Shown here piece by piece: positions 25,705 to 34,384 of a stretch of 64,000 bases of DNA (positions within the stretch are counted from its first letter, which is position 1; every line of letters starts with the position of its first letter). Location of the stretch: contig OY970296.1 in NCBI GenBank assembly GCA_963716175.1, positions 3,968,001 to 4,032,000 on the forward strand, given 5' to 3'. Source of the stretch: an uncultured Armatimonadetes bacterium (lineage in GTDB: Bacteria; Armatimonadota; Hebobacteria; Hebobacterales; Hebobacteraceae). Under the pieces are notes generated by a model. It had not been told where the DNA came from and searched no databases. It worked only from the letters and a program-made list of their open reading frames with translations. A program made the position numbers and the translations under genes.

Positions 25705-26272
25705 CGATGCCCTCCCCTCTCCCCGCAAGCCCGGAGGCTTTGATCTCCACCGGCAGGCCGGCAAGCATCCAGTACACGCGATCGGCCGCCTGCGCCAGGC
25801 GTCGGTTCGCTTCCCCCAGGAGATCGCGATAGACGCGGCCGAGCTCATAGGGTGGAACCACGCCCATCCCGACCTCGTTGGAGACGATGATGAAGCTGGC
25901 CTGACCTGCCGCGAAGACAGAAAGCAGGCCCGTCACCTCCTGCTCGACGCGCTGCTGAGCGGCAGACGGATCCCCATCCTGGAGGAGCAGATTCGAGACC
26001 AGCAGGGTGAGACAGTCGAGCACCACGACCCCGGCAAGGGCAGATTGCTGCAGCGCGACGGAGGGCTGGAGGGGCGCCTCCAGGGTTCGCCAGGAGGAGG
26101 GCCGGCCGCGCTTGTGCTCTTCGATGCGGCGGCGCATCTCCTCGTCCCCGGCCTCCGCGGTGGCCACGAATGTCACCGGCCCCCCGAGCTTGGAGGCCAG
26201 GCGGTGAGCGAAGGAGCTCTTCCCCGCGCGCACGCCCCCCAAGATCAGGATCAGTTCTTTGCCTGGTCTCAT
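25691..26272 (-). CDS. cobU: Adenosylcobinamide kinase/guanylyltransferase
   Basis: GGVRAGKS, DEEMRRRI..H..RP, LDCLTL, VSNEVGMGVVP, YRDLLG. Confidence 0.96.
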   Translation of the reverse strand: MRPGKELILILGGVRAGKSSFAHRLASKLGGPVTFVATAEAGDEEMRRRIEEHKRGRPSSWRTLEAPLQPSVALQQSALAGVVVLDCLTLLVSNLLLQDGDPSAAQQRVEQEVTGLLSVFAAGQASFIIVSNEVGMGVVPPYELGRVYRDLLGEANRRLAQAADRVYWMLAGLPVEIKASGLAGRGEGIGVQD

Positions 26273-26287
26273 TCCGATTAGCCGCCG

Positions 26288-27034
26288 CTACTGCCGGTCA
26301 TAGAGAGAGTTATCCTGGCACACGAAGCCCAGCCGGGCCTGCCGATAGTCCTCCTCGGTGAGCCAGTAACCGCTGGCCTGGGTGGTGGCCATCGGCATGG
26401 CCCTGGTATGCCCATCGCAGAATGCCACATTGGCCAGGCCGGTGTGGCGGAAGTGGGTAGTGGGGTCGGCCAACGTACCCCAGGCCTGGTAATAGGGGGC
26501 CTCGGTGAAGGAGTACTCGATCAGATTCCCGTTCTCATCTATGAAGGCGGAATCGGTGAGCAGGATGGTGTCGGATGGGTTCTGCAGCCAGGATTCCTTG
26601 GCCGGGATGCACATCGCGGGCCAGGGCAGAGGCGAGCCGCCGACATACTGCTCGTTGTAGCCGTAGCCGCCGGTGCCTTCCTCGAAGCCCTGGCTGCCGA
26701 TGTCGGCCTCGAAGCTGGGGCACACCTGGAGCTGGTCGTTGCCGTAGTAGCTCCAGAGGGGCCCCAGCTTGGGATCGAAGGCGTCGTCCTCGCTCAGCCG
26801 GCCGCCGTGCCAGCGCATCAGGTTGTCCGGGCTCATGGCCGGCACGAACCCGCCGTCGTAGTCCTCGCAGTACATGAGCATGGCCATCGTCAACTGCCGG
26901 AGATTGCTCATGCAGCTCGCCTGCCGGCCCTTCTCCCTGGCCCGGGCGAACACCGGGAACAGCAGGCCGGCGAGGATGGCGATGATGCTGATCACGACCA
27001 ACAGCTCGATTAGCGTGAAAGCGCGCCTGCTCAC
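26288..27034 (-). CDS. Prepilin-type N-terminal methylation protein with C-terminal H-X9-DG motif (DUF1559-like)
   Basis: [46 protein letters not shown]; [14 protein letters not shown]; GTG 27034 with SD GGGAGG. Confidence 0.93.
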   Translation of the reverse strand: MSRRAFTLIELLVVISIIAILAGLLFPVFARAREKGRQASCMSNLRQLTMAMLMYCEDYDGGFVPAMSPDNLMRWHGGRLSEDDAFDPKLGPLWSYYGNDQLQVCPSFEADIGSQGFEEGTGGYGYNEQYVGGSPLPWPAMCIPAKESWLQNPSDTILLTDSAFIDENGNLIEYSFTEAPYYQAWGTLADPTTHFRHTGLANVAFCDGHTRAMPMATTQASGYWLTEEDYRQARLGFVCQDNSLYDRQ

Positions 27035-27082
27035 ATCGTCCCTCCCGCGTGGACTATCGCGGGAAGAGATGAGCGCGCGGGG

Positions 27083-27120
27083 AACAGAAAACCCCGGCCG
27101 CCGCAAGGATGGCCAGGGCG
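27083..27120 (-). terminator. Intrinsic terminator of the riboswitch expression platform
   Basis: Minus strand CCCTGGCC..GGCCGGGG followed by TTTTCTGTT. Confidence 0.7.
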
Positions 27121-27184
27121 ACGAGCCGGGTGGCGACTCGCGCCGCGCCCACTTCCCGCGAAGTGGCATTCAGCTCGTCAGCCA

Positions 27185-27370
27185 GATCGGTCTCCTGACT
27201 TCCGCGTCACCCTACTCCCTGCGCCTTCCCATCCCTGCGATGCGGGACAGTGGCTCGGCGGGCCTGGGCAGGCCCGCCCTACGTGCAGGTTTCGTCTGCG
27301 GTCACAGTTGCGGGGCAGTGACGGCCTCTCACCGTCTTCCCAACATCTTATCTGCCTGACGCATGCTATT
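27185..27370 (-). ncRNA. Cobalamin riboswitch
   Basis: Minus strand GGGAAGACGGTGAGAGGCCGTCACTGCCCCGCAACTGT..GCCACTG..TGGGAAGGC..AGTCAGGAGACC (B12 box), upstream of cobUTS-btuF. Confidence 0.95.
27257..27282 (-). repeat. GTAG REP-like hairpin embedded in the riboswitch
   Basis: Minus strand GTAG-GGCGGGCCT-GCCC-AGGCCCGCC. Confidence 0.65.
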
Positions 27371-27392
27371 CGATTGTCAACGCCGCGGGAGT

Positions 27393-27421
27393 AATGTAGC
27401 CACTTCCGCGGCACACGTCAA
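27393..27421 (-). promoter_or_regulatory. Sigma70-type promoter of the B12 operon
   Basis: Minus strand TTGACG-N17-TACATT directly upstream of the riboswitch. Confidence 0.65.
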
Positions 27422-27522
27422 GACCCACCGCGGCGCGGCGGACCCGACAGAGAGAGCGACGGCGGGCGGCGGGCCGCCATGGCAGCGGCCCCCGAAGGCG
27501 GAAGGGCGGATCGGGACATCGC

Positions 27523-27747
27523 CTACCGCGACGAGAGGAGCCGCATGGGGTCGGCAGCGACCTCGACCCGGCCGGTGCCGCGGCACCGCGCGCAAGGGAA
27601 CTCCCGGGCCAAGGGCTCGTGGGCGGATCGCGCCAGATCCGGGCGCGCTTTGAGCTGCTCGTAGGTGGCGCGGTCTATCTCCACCCAGCCCCTGAAGAAG
27701 TGCAGCACGGCCCCAGCACCAGAGCACTCCCGACATTCCCGGAGCAT
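27523..27747 (-). CDS. Small protein with two CxxCxGxG (DnaJ-type zinc finger) motifs
   Basis: CRECSGAG and CARCRGTG; strong SD AGGAGGTG. Confidence 0.75.
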   Translation of the reverse strand: MLRECRECSGAGAVLHFFRGWVEIDRATYEQLKARPDLARSAHEPLAREFPCARCRGTGRVEVAADPMRLLSSR

Positions 27748-27829
27748 TGCGCCTCACCTCCTGAGCAGAGGGTCCGCCGGGCTCGACTGCCACTGGACGA
27801 CAGCCGGCCCAGACCCTCCAGCAGGCCCA

Positions 27830-27933
27830 CTACTGAGCTTCGCCCAAAGAAGCAACGGGGCGAAGCTCAGGCAACTGCTCAGACGGGCCCAGAGCGGCGT
27901 TCGCACATTACTTCTTCGTGCGAACGCCATTAG
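27830..27933. repeat. Double-hairpin element, copy A
   Basis: CTGAGCTTCGCCC/GGGCGAAGCTCAG plus GGCGTTCGCAC/GTGCGAACGCC; ends CTAC..TTAG. Confidence 0.85.
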
Positions 27934-27950
27934 GTGCCAGTTCATTGCTT

Positions 27951-28039
27951 AGAGTCTCTAACAGAACCCGGTATCAGGCTATATCAAAGCCACCGGGGCT
28001 GCGCTCAGCGCACGCTAGCCGGGTTTTGATCTAGTCTCT
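27951..28039. mobile_element. Possible MITE remnant with imperfect ~21-bp terminal inverted repeats
   Basis: AGAGTCTCTAACAGAACCCGG vs CCGGGTTTTGATCTAGTCTCT. Confidence 0.4.
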
Positions 28040-31000
28040 TATTCTGCGGATCGGCTGCTGGTTCCTTCCGATGCTGCCGCCGGTCCTGCTGTCTCAGCAA
28101 ATTCGCAGCCCAGGTTGGTCAGCACGTAGGCCAGGTAGCGCTGCCCCTTCCAGTGGTTGAGGCCGGCCTGGTCCCACTTCACCTGGTCTATCACCCAGAG
28201 GCCGCGGCCCAGGCGGGAGGACACCAGCAGGCCGGGGAGGGTGTGGTACACGGGCGCGGCCAGCTTCAGTTTCGCCGGCACGCCGCTGACTGTGGGCTGG
28301 CGCAGCGCGTAATCCGCAATCTCGGTGGTCAGCGGCGGGGCGGCATTGGCCTCAGGAGCAATGGGCGCAAACCAGGCCAGCTCCTGGTTGCTGAGCGCGG
28401 CGGCCGGGCCGCTCCGGTCGTCGAGGCTGACCGATCCGGCGGCGAGCGGGCCCAGCGCGAACGTCTGCCCGGTCAGGCGCCGGACCAGGTCCAGAGAGTC
28501 GGGGGTGACGCGGTGCAGGACAACCTGCCCTCCGTCCCGCACGAACTCCTGAATGCGAGCGGGCTCACTTATGCCCTGGTCGAGGTTATAGATCAGCAGC
28601 GTCCGGTAACGGCGCAGCGCGCTCCTCGCCAGCGGCCACTTGAGCCGGTCGTACTGCAGCCCAATGGAGTCGAGAGTGGCGGCCGCCGCATCATCGCAGA
28701 ACACGCCGGGACGAGAGGAACCGGGACTTCGCTGGGAGGCGAAGGGAAGCAGGTTCCTGAAGATGCGGGTGGCCCCGGGGTCAATCCCGTACTTGCTGGT
28801 GACATCGAGCTGGCAGAGCACGATGCGGCCCTGGCCCACGCGCAGCTCGGCCAGCCCGGCGGTCTCGAGGCCGTGGGCGCCCCCGCTGTCCACGATGGGC
28901 AGGAACCCGCCCCGTTCGGGCTTGACCAGCTCGCGGCGCCCGACCACTCCGTCCGGCAGCCAGTGGGCGAGGCCGGCTGACTCGAGGCCGGTGAGGACGG
29001 GGTGATGCACGAACCGCGCGAAGTCGAGCGAGGAGCTATGCCGGCTCAGGGTGAGCGGGATCAGGGTGGCCGGGTAGGTCCGCTGCTCGAACACCAGCAC
29101 GGTGGCGCCGGCCTCGGCGAATCTCTTCAGGTCCTGCAGCACTGCCTCCGGGGGTCCGGAGGGGGTGAAGGCGCCCTTGCCGATCACGGCCACACGCAGG
29201 AAATGAAGCACACGCGGCGCGTTCTCCGGGTCGAGCGGCAGGCATTCGATCCCCATCCCGGAGAGCAGCCGCGAGGTTTCCCCCTGCGGATCGTACACCG
29301 CGGCCCGGCCGCGTGCCCCCGCGACTCGGCCGGAGAGGGCCGCGCGCCCGTAGACCTTCCAGTCTTGGGAGGAGGCGAAGAGGCGCTGGCCGCCGTCCCA
29401 CAGTTCGAGGCTGAAGCTGGCGGGCGTCACCTCCGCGCTGCTGGCCGGCAGCGCCAGCGAGGCCCTCACTTGCTGTCGGCCGGCCGGCCCCAGCAACACC
29501 GGGGCCGAACCGCTCACCTGCCACTTCCCATCTGGCGGCGCCAGCCGCCATCGCAATTGCAGCGATCGCGTCGCCCCGGTGTCGTTGAACACCATCAGGG
29601 TGCGGTCCACCACGCTGCCGGCGAAAACGCGAGTGCTGGGCTCTCGGGCGAAAGCGGCGATCGCGCGATAGGCTCTCTGCTGCGACTCCGACTGGGGGCT
29701 AGGGACAGCGTGGGCCCTCCCACATGCTCCAGGGGCACATCCCACTCACCCCCGCGTCGCGGGCCGCCGCAATCTGCATCTCCCACCGCGCGGCCTGCGC
29801 CCGAGGCCAGTAGCTCGCGACATTGGGGTAGGCGGCATCGCCAAAGAAGACGCTCAACGCATCCACCTGCGACGCCGGGACGCGCCCGAACTCCCCCAGG
29901 TAGAGCGGCTTCCTCCGGTCCCACTGCCAGACCGTCTTGGGATAGGCATCCAGCCGCACCGGCGCGTCTAGCCAGTAGGCCGTCTCCGGCCAGAGCTGCC
30001 AGTTCGGCAACTCGTGAGGGTAGTGCAGGTTGATGATGCTGGCCTTGCCGGCCGGGTCGGCATCGCCCTCGAACATCACCGGACGCGTGGGGTCGGCCTT
30101 CCGCACCAAGTCGGCCAGCTCTCCCACTTTCTGCTCGACCCCTCGTGCTTTGGCGCCGCCGCCGGAGAGCAACTCGTTCTCCGCCCCCCACACCACGATC
30201 GAGGGATGGTTGCGCTGGGCCTTCACCTGAGCCGCCAGGTGCTCCCGCGCGTTCTTCCAGAAGGCATCGGCGCTCAGCGCGTAGCTGGTGGCGAGATGCC
30301 ACAGCGCGGACTCCGAGATGAGAAGCATCCCGAAGGCATCGGCCGCATCATACCATTGAGAGGGCCAGGGCTCACCGGCAAGGGCCATCGCGGCACAGCC
30401 GGCAGATTGCGCCAGCTCGTAGGCCTGGGTGGGATCAGCGTCGTACTCTGGCAGAGGCAGAGCGCCTGTCGCCAGCAGGTGGATGGGCGTGCCATTGAGC
30501 AGGAAGCGGTCGCCCTCGATCCAGAACTCGCGGAACCCGAACTTCACCTCCGTCGAGTCACCCATCGCCCCGGTCCGCGCCCCCGCAACCAGCGAGTAGA
30601 GGTGCGGGTCCTGAGGAGACCAGAGGTGGGGGTTAGGCCAGGGGGCCTCCAGAATCACGGTTTGCTCTCGGCCCGCCGGCACGGTCACCAACTGCGGCTG
30701 CAGCCACGGCCCCTCGCCCCCGGTGGCGACACGGGCGGTGACCACGGTGCGTTCCTCACTGGTCCCGCTGTTCTTGACGGTCACATGGACCCGCAGCATC
30801 TGCTCTCGCACAGACGGGGCCACGAACGCATCCGCCACCCACACCCGGGACCGCGCCTCCACGGAGACGTGGCCCCAGATCCCCACCTCCCATCCCCGGG
30901 AGCCGATGGGAGCCAGCAGGCCCTCCTTCACCCATGACCCAAAATCGCGGGAGGCATCAGGCACGCCCACTTTGGCGCCGGGCGCGAGCAAGGCGGTCCA

Positions 31001-31414
31001 ATCCCCAACTGCTACCAGGAGCTCGTTCTCCTCGCCCAGCACCGCCTGACTGGTTAGGTCATACTCGGTAGGCTCGAATCCCCCGGCGCGCTGGCCAATC
31101 TCCTCGCCGTTGAGCAATACCCGCTGGCTGTACTTCACCCCGCCCAGCAGCAGCACGATGCGCTCTCCTGCCCAGGAGGGGGGCAGGTAGAAGTACCTGC
31201 GATACCAGAGAGTGTGCGGGCCCTGCGGCCGCCAGGTCTGGGCCGATGGCACCTGGACGGGCTCCCAGCCGGCCTCCTCGTCGGGCAGCGATTTGCTCTC
31301 AGCGAAGATGCACTCCCACTCACCGTCCAGCGAGAAAGCCTGGCGAGCCAGTGCAGGCATCCCGGACAGCAGGATCGCCGCCAGAGCGAACAGCAGTACC
31401 CGGCGTGAGGTCAT
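28039..31414 (-). CDS. Secreted glycoside hydrolase family 2-like protein (frameshift near 29700-29720)
   Basis: Signal peptide; SLDGEW, WYRR.F, P.LWSP.DPHLY, FGFREFWIEG, RNHPSIVVWGAENE, KPLYLGEFG; C-terminal half in ORF 28039-29745. Confidence 0.85.
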
Positions 31415-31518
31415 CCCGATCGGCCTTCGTCCTCGGAAATGCGGCGCGACGGATGCCGTGTGCGGTGTGCTATGGCGCCTCTTCCGAGGCTCGCAGGCGG
31501 CTTCATGGCGCGGCGGCC

Positions 31519-32670
31519 TCACTGGACCCCGTTTCTCATAATGGCCTCATAGATGAGGGCGGCCTGCTCGAGCTGGTTCAGGTCTAACTCCTCCGTCGCG
31601 GTGTGGGCCTGGCCCATGGCCCCGGGGCCCAGCACCACCGCGGGAATGCCCCGCTCCGCCAACGGCCCGGCGTGAGTGGTCCCAGTCATGCCCTCCAAAG
31701 GCGCCTTGCCGGTCACCTGCCTCACCTGCGCGCTGACGGCCTGCACCAGGGGATCATCCGCTCGCAGGTCCAGAGCCGGCACCACCATATCCGGCCCGGT
31801 CACCTCCATTCCAATCTCCTCCGGAATGGCATCGTTCAAGTAGCTGCGCACGTCCGCCACCGCGCGGCGTCCCTCCTCTCCCGGTAGGAGCCGCCGGTCC
31901 ACCTCGATCTCGCAGCGGTCTGGCACGACATTCACATATTCCCCCCCGCGGACCACCCCCACGCTGAGACTCGCCTTCCCCAGCAAGGGATGGGCCTCTC
32001 GGCCCACACCCCTCTTGGCATAGGCCTCCAAGGCCTGCAGCACCCGCGCCATGCGGTAGATCGCATTCACACCTGCCTCCGGCCGGGAGCTGTGGGCGGC
32101 CTTGCCGGCGGTGGCGACTCTGAATCTGGCCACCCCCTTGTGGGCGACCACGATCTGGAGACTGGTGGGCTCACCCACCACTGCCGCTCGCGCCTGCAGG
32201 CCCGACTCCAGTAGGCTGAGCAGTCCTCGCATGCGGAACTCCTCATCCGCGGTGGCGGTGAAGACCACCGCGTGAGGAAGCCGGGTCCCGGCCTGCGCCA
32301 GGGTGATGAGGGCGGCCACCATGGCGGCCAGACTGCCCTTGTCGTCGGCTGACCCCCGCCCGTACAGGATATCGCCCTCCACTCGGGCCTGGAAAGGAGC
32401 GAAGGCCATGCCTTCACCGGAGACCGTGTCCAGGTGAGCGTCGAACCAGACCGCCTCCTCGCTTTGCCCTGGCAGGCGAGCGACTACGCTGGGCCGGCCC
32501 GGCGCGGCCTCTCGCTGCTCGCAGGCAATCCCCGCCTCGCGCAGTCGAGCCTCCACGAGGGCCGCCAGTTGGGCCTCGCCCCGGCCTTCACCGAGCGGGC
32601 CTTCCAAGGGGTTCACACTGGGGATCGCTACCATCTCCGCGACTAGCTTTCTGAGCTGCTCTCTGTCCAT
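31519..32670 (-). CDS. M20-family metallopeptidase/deacylase (ArgE/DapE-like)
   Basis: AIPSVNP, DAHLDTV, YGRGSADDKG, ADEE, VGEPT, GKAAHSS.PE.GVNAI, AHTATE. Confidence 0.93.
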   Translation of the reverse strand: MDREQLRKLVAEMVAIPSVNPLEGPLGEGRGEAQLAALVEARLREAGIACEQREAAPGRPSVVARLPGQSEEAVWFDAHLDTVSGEGMAFAPFQARVEGDILYGRGSADDKGSLAAMVAALITLAQAGTRLPHAVVFTATADEEFRMRGLLSLLESGLQARAAVVGEPTSLQIVVAHKGVARFRVATAGKAAHSSRPEAGVNAIYRMARVLQALEAYAKRGVGREAHPLLGKASLSVGVVRGGEYVNVVPDRCEIEVDRRLLPGEEGRRAVADVRSYLNDAIPEEIGMEVTGPDMVVPALDLRADDPLVQAVSAQVRQVTGKAPLEGMTGTTHAGPLAERGIPAVVLGPGAMGQAHTATEELDLNQLEQAALIYEAIMRNGVQ

Positions 32671-32996
32671 GGCCCGGCGCGAGGAATCGCTGTCACCCCC
32701 ACAACTGACTTCCTGAGCCGGTCCTCTCCTGGTTAGACACATCTCCGCGGCTCAGGCCCGCGGTCGTGCTTTCGCCGGCCGGGCGCTGGCATCCTCTCCC
32801 CGGCCTGCCGGCGAACAGCCGCTCACAGACGCAGGTGATATGTGATTGGTCGCTGGGCAGGCGTGGTATATCAGGCGTAGTATATATGGAGGGGCCGGCC
32901 GAAGTGAGCGTGGCCAGGCAGAGAGCGGCTGCTGGCGCGTTTTCGGTCGGGCCTGGGTGTACCATCCCGCAGATCACACAGCAGGAGGCACAAGGG

Positions 32997-33911
32997 ATGC
33001 TGACGAGCATAACGCGTCGCGCGCTGCCCGGTCTGGTCGGGCTTGCGTTTCTGGCGCTGTCCGCCACCAGCGCCGCCGCCGAGACGAAATGGCCGGCGGC
33101 CATGACCTACTCCCTCGGGCTCTCGAGTGATCCCACGGCCAAGATTCAGACCAGCGCGTTCTTCTATGGCCCCCTGAACGAGGAGTTCGGGGCCAAGATC
33201 GGCGGCTGGTGGATCGCCGGGGGCCGGGATAACCGCGCGTTCGTGGGCGATGCCTATGTTGACTACCACAAGCAGGCGCTCTACCTCGCGGCCGGTCGCA
33301 AGTTCGTGCCCTTTGGCCCGGCCGGGATTCTGGTCTCGCCCGGCGTCGCCGGGGGCGAGCTGCGGCTGGACTTCCCGCGGGTGGACGTGCAAGCGATCAC
33401 CGGGACGCTGGCCTTCACACCCGTCACCGGAGGCACCCGGTTCACCTTCGCCGGCAACCGCTCTCCTGCCGATGAGAACATCACCGCGGGGCGGGTGGCG
33501 GTGGCGTTGGCAGAGCCGACGGCCTCGGTGCCGGTGACGGTGGGAGGCAATGTGCTGCGGCTGCTGGACCATACCGGCCACAGCGGCGATATCTCAGTTG
33601 ATGCCGCCAAGTGGCTGAACCTGTTCGGGGAAGCGGCCAGCTTCGAGCACGTTCACGCCAGCGCGTATGGCCTCCGCCTCAGCAATCAGAAGGTGAAGCA
33701 GGACCCGAACCGCTACACCATGCTGACCATCTATCACCGGCGGGTTCCGGTGGGCTTCCTGCCCGCGGTGGCGGGCGCTACCCAGTATTTCGAGGACCAG
33801 ACCGGCTGGGTGGCAGGGCTCTACCATCAGTTCAACCCGCGCCAGGGCGTGGGTGTGTACGCGGACAACGAGAACGCCATCTTGACCCTGTTCGGATACG
33901 TGCCCCTCTGA
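32997..33911 (+). CDS. Exported hypothetical protein, possible outer-membrane beta-barrel
   Basis: SD AGGAGG; signal peptide; alternating amphipathic strands (DAYVDY, YLAAGRKFVPFG, VAGLYHQF). Confidence 0.7.
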   Translation: MLTSITRRALPGLVGLAFLALSATSAAAETKWPAAMTYSLGLSSDPTAKIQTSAFFYGPLNEEFGAKIGGWWIAGGRDNRAFVGDAYVDYHKQALYLAAGRKFVPFGPAGILVSPGVAGGELRLDFPRVDVQAITGTLAFTPVTGGTRFTFAGNRSPADENITAGRVAVALAEPTASVPVTVGGNVLRLLDHTGHSGDISVDAAKWLNLFGEAASFEHVHASAYGLRLSNQKVKQDPNRYTMLTIYHRRVPVGFLPAVAGATQYFEDQTGWVAGLYHQFNPRQGVGVYADNENAILTLFGYVPL

Positions 33912-34028
33912 TCGCGGGCGCACTGCAGGCAAGCTGGCGGCCGTCCCGGCAGGCCCATTCGGACTGTGGGATTCCGCAAGGGATGTGGAACAAACCACAC
34001 GGATGAGACCTCCAGGGACGGTTAGTTC

Positions 34029-34226
34029 ATGTCCGTGTTATCTGACCAAGCGTCTCCCTCCCAAGTAGCGCCGCCCCAAAGCGGTGAAGCGGAACTGCCG
34101 AAGGTGCGCTGCTTGTGCGGGAAGTGGTGGTCGTATCGAAGCGGGGACAAGCTGATCCTGCGCTGCAAGCTGTGCAGACGAGAGATCGTCATCAGCGGGG
34201 AGAAGCTGACAATCACATACCGCTGA
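34029..34226 (+). CDS. Small Com-like zinc-ribbon protein
   Basis: VRCLCGKWW..LILRCKLCRREIVI (CxC..CxxC). Confidence 0.7.
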   Translation: MSVLSDQASPSQVAPPQSGEAELPKVRCLCGKWWSYRSGDKLILRCKLCRREIVISGEKLTITYR

Positions 34227-34272
34227 ACCTGGTCTGAGCGTAATCTAGAGCCGCAGCGCCAAAGATTCTGCC

Positions 34273-34305
34273 AGAGCCAAGGGCCGAAGCAGCCCTTGGC
34301 TTTCT
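34273..34305 (+). terminator. Terminator-like hairpin containing an AGAGCC repeat
   Basis: AGAGCCAAGGGC-CGAAGCA-GCCCTTGGCTTT, weak U-tail. Confidence 0.5.
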
Positions 34306-34384
34306 GCATGGCCCCCTGGCCTGTCTCATCCGCAACCTGAGCTTGCCCTTCCGTCCTTCGGCGGGAAGGCGAGAGGCAACGGAG

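Noticed and set aside
27830-27933. Integron attC or CRISPR interpretation of the double-hairpin repeats
   Set aside because: No RYYYAAC/GTTRRRY boxes, no integrase or cas genes, and copies are 8 kb apart rather than arrayed.
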